A stretch of 64,000 nucleotides of DNA from an uncultured bacterium (lineage in GTDB: Bacteria; Planctomycetota; UBA1135; GCA-002686595): positions 1,280,001-1,344,000 of the forward strand of contig CALSNU010000001.1 in assembly GCA_943787795.1 (NCBI GenBank), in the 5' to 3' direction. How positions within the stretch are numbered: position 1 is the first letter of the stretch; the number at the start of each line of letters is the position of its first letter. Under the pieces are notes generated by a model. The model was not told where the DNA came from and did no database searches. It was given only the letters and a program-made list of their open reading frames with translations. This document shows positions 20,401 to 27,472 of the stretch, piece after piece. A program made the translations under genes and the position numbers.

Positions 20401-21590
20401 GGCTCGGGGGTGGAGGTGTCCGCGAGGAAGACCTTCAGGTCCTTGAGGCCGCGGCGCATCTGCACCTGAAGCGACGAGGGGTCCTCGACCTTCAGTCCAT
20501 TACAGATCGGCTGAATGTTGCTGTAGAACCGGGACCAGTGGATGCCCGTGTCTCCGCCGATGCTCCGGAGCGCCCGCGCGAGCGCCCCCAGAGGGCCAAA
20601 ATCTCCTGCCTTGTAGAGAAGCTCGGCGGCGAACGCGAGGTGGTTCACATCCTCGATATCGTCCCATTTTGTGCTCCGGGTGACGAAGCGCGCCTCCTCG
20701 AGGCGCCGCTCCAACTGCAGGAGTTGGATCAGCTCGAACTGGATCGGGCCGGAGTCGGAGAGCGACGGGACGACAATCGCAGCGCTGAGCAAGTCGATGG
20801 CCAGGGGGACCTGAGATGCGTCGGTCAGCGCGGTCGAGAGTGCGAGGACGCGGGCCGGGGTGGGGGCCAGCTCGATGGACTTGGCGTAGGCATTCCGAGC
20901 CGCAACGAAGTGCTCCCGCGCCTCTTCCACATGGAGCAGTGCGGCGTACAGGGCTTCCTTCTCGGAGGCCGAGAAGGCCGCGTTGAGTCGGAACTCCAGG
21001 GTCGGGAGGCCAGGGTCGTCTGACTCGCGGGACGCGAACTCCATCAGGAGCTCGGTGGCAATCTCCGCATCCTCTCGAACGAGGTCCAGCTTGATCGCGG
21101 CGACGGAGGGGCTGAGCACCTTGATGGCGGACCGGGTCTCAAGCTGCCCCAGCAGCTCCCAGGCTGCCGCTAGCTGCGGGCTCGCGGTGATGACTGCGCG
21201 GGCCCCGGCGAGTGCCTCTGCGTCCTCGCCGCTCACCGACAGGAGCCCTGCGATGCGGAGCTTCAGCTCCACGTCGCCGGGCTGCAGGGCCTCGGCCCGC
21301 TTGAGGTCGGCGAGGGCGTTGGTGGTGTCGCTGAGCTTGAGGAACACGTCCGCTCGGGCCGTCAGGACCTCCGCGATCAGCAGCTCATCGCCCCCGTCCT
21401 CGGCAGCGGCGAGCGCGAGGGCGAGCTGGCTCAGGGCGGTGCGTTGCTCGAATGCGAGGGTGTCCATCTCCGCCCGCACCTCTGCGATGATCTCTGCCGG
21501 GCCCATGGGGCGTCGTGTGATCACGTAGGTCGTCGCCGCGCCGGCGGCGGAAAGGGCGGCAATCAAGGCCGTTGCGCTGGTCCACTTCAT
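17472..21590 (-). CDS. Large membrane-anchored/secreted TPR-like helical repeat protein (~1370 aa)
   Basis: Hydrophobic N-terminus (MKWTSATALIAALSAAGAATTYVI); many TPR-like helix pairs (ALADLKRAEALQPGD, AAAIYEALLAIDPNG); start set at ATG 21590. Confidence 0.85.
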   Translation of the reverse strand: MKWTSATALIAALSAAGAATTYVITRRPMGPAEIIAEVRAEMDTLAFEQRTALSQLALALAAAEDGGDELLIAEVLTARADVFLKLSDTTNALADLKRAEALQPGDVELKLRIAGLLSVSGEDAEALAGARAVITASPQLAAAWELLGQLETRSAIKVLSPSVAAIKLDLVREDAEIATELLMEFASRESDDPGLPTLEFRLNAAFSASEKEALYAALLHVEEAREHFVAARNAYAKSIELAPTPARVLALSTALTDASQVPLAIDLLSAAIVVPSLSDSGPIQFELIQLLQLERRLEEARFVTRSTKWDDIEDVNHLAFAAELLYKAGDFGPLGALARALRSIGGDTGIHWSRFYSNIQPICNGLKVEDPSSLQVQMRRGLKDLKVFLADTSTPEPFPGARAEAGFWLAKLGQVIGDVETEIFGLTRGFTSRIGPTADQKVQLAEALAKRVPIPWFEIDTALSDAINLEPQRYAEFAERWWDAGREEIRSKGMSVSDLVSEANRTNTAIPAVRNLGPAAYALLATKHLEDERSYSALQAANRALKEHPDLIPALDIALAAKLVTPNRYNVERDIVRRIELAGIDESIEVILNRIPGDRLDGEDLIAAIQAAPERFGKAAVARWFLEHGESENARSALERLDPRSAPDALLLLRAKALVEEERFAEALKDLTSIGPTHLLSEEAALLKARVLLELDRPGGLAPILDLDWADGSPGTYLDLADLLMSKGQAEMALEIIDRLDQEASTRTPEFYRRRILVDILTSRKRGPEAARESIERSRAYLRDGTPEIASILLAVSRRKWTDLPEKIESLRRTSFKLTPQKGVSLILLAERLEAGRRMAGEGLDRNERDPIWALVAAASDALVKDPISMPAWFGQSAVADARKLLLGTVGRTSRDPRETLAILLIADLPEWSGWLLPILEKIRIESGSDIWTSYLKAVALEASGNRPARANLVERLVEKHRQFGPGHEWSVQLAESAHPAEPMHPEVVRARRMRLVSLGAELIDDPVVVALAEASDLARRNDNASAIRTLQTVLKDAGSSTTEARLILGILMIRANQPSFAANFLFDAAMGDPGIFQTVVVDSLLFSIRYAVQAQTNGAQQRGAIGRERAMEMLTRLSERYPLDPMVTLARLELSGLPRRSWGEWAEGALDQLYKLSARRPLEALRRGSTRRWVELLIDVRVDLARKLVERDLIHEPGNLELWNLRAKIAEEMEDDEAAAAIYEALLAIDPNGAMGYSLAEIMIERGDGVRDVFRVLAIADRAQGGGGARSLYLRSLAQARMYRPPLSEIVKRLANLWQGRKRAATDVDPVVLGELYLRMLRRRGTPEDALEIAKVQETLASDAERLPYREPVMTALRGLHTRAMQEAGTP

Positions 21591-21606
21591 AGTTTGCTCC
21601 GACAGA

Positions 21607-23163
21607 CTACGCCTGCAGCGAGTTGAAGTTGACGTCGAGGAGGCCGTACTTGCGCATCTTGTTGAAGAGCGTTGAGCGGTTGATCCCAAGCTCTGTCGCG
21701 GCCCGGTCTCGGCGCCCGCTGTTGCGGTTCAAAGAGCGTTCGATAAGGAGCTTCTCGGGACCCTCCAGGGCCTCTTTCAAGGGCATGGATCGCGTCAGGT
21801 CCGAGAGCCACTCCAGGCCAGCGGGCAAGGAATCTGCGTGCGGCGCGGCTGTTGAGCTGGCCGCCTCCTCCAGCAGATCGTTGTCGAGGCTCGAGGCGTC
21901 CAGCAAGCCCTTTGCGCCGCTGGGGTCTCCGTCCATGGAGAGAATGACGGCCCTCTCGAGGGCGTGCTCAAGTTGACGTACGTTGCCCGGGAAGCGGGCG
22001 GCTGCAAGGACCCGAAGGGCTGCAGGTGAGATCCCGCGGATGGGCTTTTGGTACTCCTTCGCAAATCGCTGGACGAACGCCTCGGCCAGGGCCGCGAGGT
22101 CGCCAGGCCGCTCCCGCAGCGGGGGAAGCCCCACCTCCACCACGCGCAGGCGCCAGAGGAGGTCCTCGCGGAACTCGCCGGCCTCTACCCGTGCGTCCAG
22201 GTCCGCGTTGGTCGCCGCGACGATGCGCACATCTGACGTCCGGGTCTCTGACTCGCCCACGCGCTCGAAGGCGCGATCTTGCACGGCCCGCAGGAGCTTC
22301 ACCTGGAGCTCGAGGGGGGCCGAGTCGATCTCATCCAGGAAGATCGTCCCGCCATCGGCGGACTCGAAGCGTCCCGCGCGGTCCTTGGCGGCTCCGGTGA
22401 AGGCCCCCTTGGCGTGGCCGAAGAGCTCCGACTCGAGGAGCCCTGCGGGCAGGGCGCCGCAGTTGACCTCCACGAACGGGCCTGAGCGCCTGCTGGAAGA
22501 CTGGTGGAGGGTCTTCGCCAGGAGCGATTTGCCCGTCCCCGTTTCGCCCAGGAGCAGCACCGTCGCCCGTGTGTCCGCCACCGACTCAAGGATCCGCAGG
22601 GCCTGCTTCAGCTTGACGTCGCGGGTCTTGATGTTGCCGAAGGAGAAGCGCTCATCCAGTCTCTCGCGCAGCGACTCGTTCTCTCGCGAGAGCGAGTGGC
22701 GCTCCAGCGCTCGCGCGGTGGCGATCACGAGGTCCCCGTCGGAGGGTTCGGTCGACGTGGCGGTGACACCGAGAGCCTCGGCGCGGGCGGTGTCACCGAT
22801 CAAGACGAGCGCTGGCCGGCCATCGAGCGCGAGGAGAGCCTCCACGTCCTCGTCGTCGGCGTCGTCTGCGCGGACCAGGATCACCTCGTAGCGGTCGGGG
22901 CCCGCGAGGAGGGCCCCGAGGCTCGCGTCACCCGAGTGATGCCGGCCGGGCGCCGAGCGCTCGGCGAGCATCGCGCAGACCCGTCGGCCCCGAGCGATGT
23001 CGCTGTCGATGACGAGCACCCGTCGGCCGCGGAGGATCGACTCTCCAGGGGCGCGCCGCGGGTAGGGCCGGGGGGCGAAGCTCAGGTCCGGACCGATGCC
23101 GGATCCCGAGGCGTCGCGTGCTGTTCCTTCGACATGACCATCCATGTCGAGAACTTTCGACAT
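21607..23163 (-). CDS. Sigma54-dependent enhancer-binding protein (NtrC family) with a degenerate receiver domain
   Basis: Walker A GETGTGKS, ELFGHAKGAFTGA, Walker B IFLDEID, FREDL, FPGNVRQL, Fis HTH AATELGINRSTLFNKM. Confidence 0.95.
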   Translation of the reverse strand: MSKVLDMDGHVEGTARDASGSGIGPDLSFAPRPYPRRAPGESILRGRRVLVIDSDIARGRRVCAMLAERSAPGRHHSGDASLGALLAGPDRYEVILVRADDADDEDVEALLALDGRPALVLIGDTARAEALGVTATSTEPSDGDLVIATARALERHSLSRENESLRERLDERFSFGNIKTRDVKLKQALRILESVADTRATVLLLGETGTGKSLLAKTLHQSSSRRSGPFVEVNCGALPAGLLESELFGHAKGAFTGAAKDRAGRFESADGGTIFLDEIDSAPLELQVKLLRAVQDRAFERVGESETRTSDVRIVAATNADLDARVEAGEFREDLLWRLRVVEVGLPPLRERPGDLAALAEAFVQRFAKEYQKPIRGISPAALRVLAAARFPGNVRQLEHALERAVILSMDGDPSGAKGLLDASSLDNDLLEEAASSTAAPHADSLPAGLEWLSDLTRSMPLKEALEGPEKLLIERSLNRNSGRRDRAATELGINRSTLFNKMRKYGLLDVNFNSLQA

Positions 23164-23214
23164 CGGCGTCCTGTGCCTTGAACGCAGTCGCCATCGGCGG
23201 GGCCGCAGCGCTGG

Positions 23215-25245
23215 TCAGCGCGCGGGCCCGCCCGAGAATGAGACATCAAAGACGCGATGGCCGCCCTCCTCCTCCCGGAGGACGAGATCCCCGCCCTGGC
23301 CGACGGCGATGGCCCCGGCGGCGGCGAGGGCATTGGCCCCGATCTCCGGGAGTCGCGCCTTGAGGGCGTAGGGCTGGAGGGCCTTCGCGGGCTCGAGACC
23401 GGCCATCGGCCCCGCCGGAAAGCGAATGTGTGCACAGGGGGTGCCTGCGGCGTCCGCGTCGACGGAGACCCTGAGGACATCGCCGGGACCCGCGCAGCCG
23501 ATGGCCGTGAGCAGCAGGGCCTCGAGCGCCATCGTGACCAGTAGCTTGTCCGCTTCCACCGGAGCCTGCTCGATCCTCGAACGGAAGAGGATGCGCGGCG
23601 CGTCCGGGGTCTGGCCGGCGAGCGCGCCGAGCTGCTCCTCGACGAGGACACTCAGGTCGAAGACCTGCTCGCCCCTGGGCGGAGGGGCTGCGACGTACCC
23701 GATGGTGCGGGTGAACTGCCGGAGGTGCCCGAGCTCACGCTCGAGGCCCAGGTGGGCGTGGGTGGAGCGAGCGGTCAGGTCAAGGGCTTGGACGATGTCG
23801 GCGAGGTCAGCGACCTGATCTTTCAGCCAGGCCGGCCGCTGGGACTCCCTCGCCGCGGCATCTGCGCTGGGGCCTGCGCTGGGGTCGGTCGGAAGGGCCT
23901 CGTTCGGGGAGGAGCTGACCGCTGGGGAGGCTTCACCCACCGATCGCCGGTCGGAAGGGGGCTCACTTGATGTGCCGGTCGCGTCGGGGAACTCGGGCGG
24001 GGCGTCGGCGACTCCGTCGGAGTCACGGGTCTCAAGGTCTCGCTCTCCGGCGATCTCCGCAGGCGGCCCGAGGTCGATCGCGGTGTCTTCCTCTGCGCCC
24101 TCGAGAGCCGACGCCTCGTGGCCCCCCGGCCCCATGGCGGGAATCACGAAGTCGTCGGTCTCGCTGAAGAACGCCTCGATCTCCTCGTCGGTCAGGAGCG
24201 GTCCGTCGAGCGAGAGCGCGTCGGCGGGGTGCTTATCCGCGGTATCCGCCTCGACCGTCGAGGCGTCCAGCACCGGAGACTCGTGCAGCGTGGACTCCGC
24301 CGCGACGGCGCCTGGTCCGCCCTCGGAGGGGGATACGTCCGCGCCCCGGAGCGTGGATTTGGCGACCGGAATTGGGCGCTCAGACTCGGCGGTCGCGGTA
24401 CGCAGGAAGGCGGACCGAGCTCGCTCGGAGGGAGCCTGCGGGTGGAGGCGTGGAGAGGCGGGAGCGCCGGGCGCGAGGGGGCCGGCATGGAGCAGTGGCG
24501 ACGGCGGCGGCGGAGCCTGACCCTGGATCGACAGCGGCTGAGATGGCGGGCCTTGCTCGCCGGCGCCAAGGGCCGAAGGGGCGGCTGCATCGCGTTCGGG
24601 CCTCCCGTCCCGCTCAGGCGCTCCGTCGCGCCCGAGGATCGACTCGATCTCGCTGAGCTCGAGCGCCTTTCGGTGGTCGGCGTCTGGATCGCCTGGCTCC
24701 GGTGCAGCGGCTCCCCAAGTCGGAGCCTCGGTGGGCAGCCGTCTCGCGGCGTCCTGGTCATTCACCGCGTCGGCCCCTTCCGCGCTCGACGTCTCCTGGC
24801 CGGTGCCCGCTGGGGCAGATCTCGCGGGAGCTGAGGCCGCCCCGAGCGAGCCTGCTTCCGGCGTATTGGACGGGTCCAGGTCACCGTGTCGAAGCTGGTC
24901 GAGGGCGAGCCCCTCAAGTTGTTCGAGGTCCAGCGGCCAGGGCAGGCGCGCTCCTCGGATCCCCGCTTCGGCGAAGGCTGACGCTGTGAGGTCCTCTTCG
25001 CCGACCCAGAGGATGCGGCTTCCTGGACAGGACTCCTGCCAGCGCCGGAGGAGGCCTGCGTCAGCGAATGGGACGTCCTTGAGGTCCGCGATGAGCCTGG
25101 CGCCAGCGGCGGCGTCCAGTTCGAACAGCTCCATGGCGTCGTCGGCACGCTGAACCTGGCCCGCGGGGGCTCCAGAGGCCACGAGCAGCGCGTCCAGCCT
25201 GATGAGGCGGGGCGAGGAGAGGACGATGATCCGGGCGCGGGCCAT
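23215..25245 (-). CDS. Histidine-kinase-like protein: pseudo-receiver, long disordered acidic linker, degenerate HATPase_c-like domain
   Basis: C-terminus follows the HATPase_c layout (VFDLSVLVEE..VEADKLLVTMALEALLLTAI..ALQPY..GAIAVGQGGDLVL..FDVSF) without canonical boxes; start ATG 25245. Confidence 0.7.
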   Translation of the reverse strand: MARARIIVLSSPRLIRLDALLVASGAPAGQVQRADDAMELFELDAAAGARLIADLKDVPFADAGLLRRWQESCPGSRILWVGEEDLTASAFAEAGIRGARLPWPLDLEQLEGLALDQLRHGDLDPSNTPEAGSLGAASAPARSAPAGTGQETSSAEGADAVNDQDAARRLPTEAPTWGAAAPEPGDPDADHRKALELSEIESILGRDGAPERDGRPERDAAAPSALGAGEQGPPSQPLSIQGQAPPPPSPLLHAGPLAPGAPASPRLHPQAPSERARSAFLRTATAESERPIPVAKSTLRGADVSPSEGGPGAVAAESTLHESPVLDASTVEADTADKHPADALSLDGPLLTDEEIEAFFSETDDFVIPAMGPGGHEASALEGAEEDTAIDLGPPAEIAGERDLETRDSDGVADAPPEFPDATGTSSEPPSDRRSVGEASPAVSSSPNEALPTDPSAGPSADAAARESQRPAWLKDQVADLADIVQALDLTARSTHAHLGLERELGHLRQFTRTIGYVAAPPPRGEQVFDLSVLVEEQLGALAGQTPDAPRILFRSRIEQAPVEADKLLVTMALEALLLTAIGCAGPGDVLRVSVDADAAGTPCAHIRFPAGPMAGLEPAKALQPYALKARLPEIGANALAAAGAIAVGQGGDLVLREEEGGHRVFDVSFSGGPAR

Positions 25246-25252
25246 GGGCCTG

Positions 25253-25258
25253 AGTTTA
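25253..25258 (-). promoter_or_regulatory. Candidate -10 element (TAAACT) 7 nt upstream of the ATG, possible leaderless transcript
   Basis: Minus strand reads GCGTAAACTCAGGCCCATG. Confidence 0.4.
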
Positions 25259-25368
25259 CGCAGCGGCGGGCTCGATCCACACGATCGATCGAGGGTCCGG
25301 GGCAACGCCCCAATCCGGTGCACGGGAAGAGTGGGGGCCCGCCCTGACCTCCTACTGCCCGGCCTGCC

Positions 25369-25374
25369 TATAGT
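25369..25374 (+). promoter_or_regulatory. Candidate -10 element (TATAGT) for the GT2-GT2-femAB operon
   Basis: AT-rich hexamer in the divergent intergenic region. Confidence 0.35.
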
Positions 25375-25448
25375 CGCACCTGTCCGGGCGCCGAAGAAGC
25401 CTCCTGTGGGCCCCGTGAGCGCGACATTAACGAAACGATAGCCGTCCA

Positions 25449-26477
25449 ATGCCTCACGGAGACCCCGCAAACAGCCCGGCCCAGCACGACGAGAGCGGCA
25501 TCTCCGCCTCCGCCGTCGAGCTGTCGCTGGTCATCCCGGTCTTTGACGAGGAGCAGAACCTGCCGCAGCTGCACGCCGAGATCACCCGCCATGTCGCTCC
25601 CATGGGGCTCAGCTGGGAGGTGGTCTACGTGGACGACCGCAGCGTGGATCGCTCCTTTGAAGTGCTCATGGAGCTCCGAGAGAGAGACGAGCATGTACGG
25701 GTGGTTCGCTTCCGGCGGAACTTCGGACAGACCCCGGCGATGAGCGCTGGCTTCGAGCACAGCCGAGGTGACGTGGTCGTGACGCTGGACGCGGATCTCC
25801 AGAATGACCCGGCGGATATCCCCGCGCTCGTCGCCAAGCTCGGGGAGGGCTACGACATCGTGGTTGGGTGGCGGAAGAACCGGCAGGACGGACTCGTCCT
25901 TCGAAAGGTGCCCTCGCGGATCGCCAACCGCATGATCGCGAGGCTCACGGGGGCCACCGTTCACGACACGGGCTGCACCCTCAAGGCCTTCCGGCGCGAG
26001 CTGGTCGAGAACCTGCCCATCTACGCGGAACAGCACCGCTTCCTTCCGGTGCTCGCCCTCGCTAGCGGCGCCCGCATCGCGGAGATTGTGGTGAACCACA
26101 GACCTCGGATTCACGGGGTCAGCAAGTACGGGATCGGTCGCGCCGTCCGCGTCGCGCTGGACCTCTTGACCATGAAGATGCTCAGCTCGTTCGCGAAGAG
26201 CCCGCTGCCCTACTTCACGCTCCTCTCGATCCCGTTCGTGGTCACCCCGCCCCTGTACTTCGTCGCGGCGCTGCTCTCCTCAGAGGCTCCCACGTTTGAC
26301 AGCGGCTGGGGGCAGGCTGCGCTCTTCACCTTGGGCTTGATGATCTCCGCAGGCGTCTACTTTGTCCTTCTCGGGCTCCTCGCCGAGCTGGTGGTCAAGG
26401 TGTTTGGGCGGAGCGATCGGCCGCTGAGCAGCGCCGACGGCAGCGCGGCGGTCTTGCGGACAGGGGGCGTGGCGTGA
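25449..26477 (+). CDS. Glycosyltransferase family 2, polyprenol-phosphate (ArnC/GtrB/DPM1-like)
   Basis: LSLVIPVFDEE, YVDDRSVD, RRNFGQT, TLDADLQNDP, HDTGCTLKAFRR, HRFLP, two C-terminal TMs. Confidence 0.93.
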   Translation: MPHGDPANSPAQHDESGISASAVELSLVIPVFDEEQNLPQLHAEITRHVAPMGLSWEVVYVDDRSVDRSFEVLMELRERDEHVRVVRFRRNFGQTPAMSAGFEHSRGDVVVTLDADLQNDPADIPALVAKLGEGYDIVVGWRKNRQDGLVLRKVPSRIANRMIARLTGATVHDTGCTLKAFRRELVENLPIYAEQHRFLPVLALASGARIAEIVVNHRPRIHGVSKYGIGRAVRVALDLLTMKMLSSFAKSPLPYFTLLSIPFVVTPPLYFVAALLSSEAPTFDSGWGQAALFTLGLMISAGVYFVLLGLLAELVVKVFGRSDRPLSSADGSAAVLRTGGVA

Positions 26478-27472
26478 GTGATGTCGTACAACCCGCGCAG
26501 TCCGAGGCGACTGTGCTGGTCTCCAACGCCGCCCCCGATGTGACCATCGTCCTGCCGGTGCAGACCCAGAAGGCCGAGATCGACAACGTCCTCGAGGCCC
26601 TGGGCTCCACGCTGGAGCGACTGGGGTACACGTGGGAGTGCATCCTGGTCTTCGATGGGATCAAGGGGCCGCTCTGGGACCACGCGACCGCCCTCCAGGA
26701 GAAGACCCGCGATCAGGTCCGGACGATCGCCTTGCACAAGGCCTTCGGAGAGTCCGTCTGCCTGTCCAGCGCCTTCGAGCACGCCCGCGGCGGACTGATC
26801 CTGACCTCGCCTCCCTACGTCCAGACGGACCCGGACGGCCTACGGAGGATCTTCGAGAGCATCGACGACGGGGCGGACTTCGTGACCACCTGGAGGACGA
26901 CGCGCATTGACTCGAGGCTGAATCAGCTGCAGTCGTTCGCCTTCAACTGGATCGTCCGGAAGGTCGTCGGCGCGTCCTTCCATGACCTGAACAGCACCCT
27001 GCGCGTCATGCGCCGCGAGGTCCTCGATCAGATGACCATCTACGGCAACATGTATCGCTACCTCCCCGCTGTGGCGTATCGCCAGGGGTTCCGCGTCGAC
27101 GAGGTGCAGGTGCGGCACCTTTCTGAGTGGGGGAGCAGCAGCGTCTTCGGGCCCGGGATCTACCTCCGGCGAGCTCTCGATGTGCTGGGGTTGATGTTCC
27201 TTGCCCGGTTCACCCACAAGCCGCTGCGCTTCTTCGGCACCCTTGGCGGCTTCCTGATGTTCATCGGGGGCCTGCTGGCTGGGGTCGCGCTCATGGAGTG
27301 GGTGCTCCGGAGTGGAGACTTCTCGCTCTACAAGACGCCCTTCTTCCTGGTGGGTGTCCTCATGGGTGTCCTCGGCGCTCAGATCGTCGGCTTCGGACTC
27401 GTGGGGGAGATCATCGTGTTCACCCAGGCGCGGAACGTCCGGGAGTACCGGATCGAGCGGATCTACGAGTGA
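26474..27472 (+). CDS. GT2 ArnC-like paralogue lacking the DxD motif
   Basis: Colinear with the upstream GT2 (FGES, QTDP, HDLNSTLR, YRYLP, PLRFFG, GLVGEII) but DAD is replaced by PPY. Confidence 0.88.
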   Translation: MSDVVQPAQSEATVLVSNAAPDVTIVLPVQTQKAEIDNVLEALGSTLERLGYTWECILVFDGIKGPLWDHATALQEKTRDQVRTIALHKAFGESVCLSSAFEHARGGLILTSPPYVQTDPDGLRRIFESIDDGADFVTTWRTTRIDSRLNQLQSFAFNWIVRKVVGASFHDLNSTLRVMRREVLDQMTIYGNMYRYLPAVAYRQGFRVDEVQVRHLSEWGSSSVFGPGIYLRRALDVLGLMFLARFTHKPLRFFGTLGGFLMFIGGLLAGVALMEWVLRSGDFSLYKTPFFLVGVLMGVLGAQIVGFGLVGEIIVFTQARNVREYRIERIYE

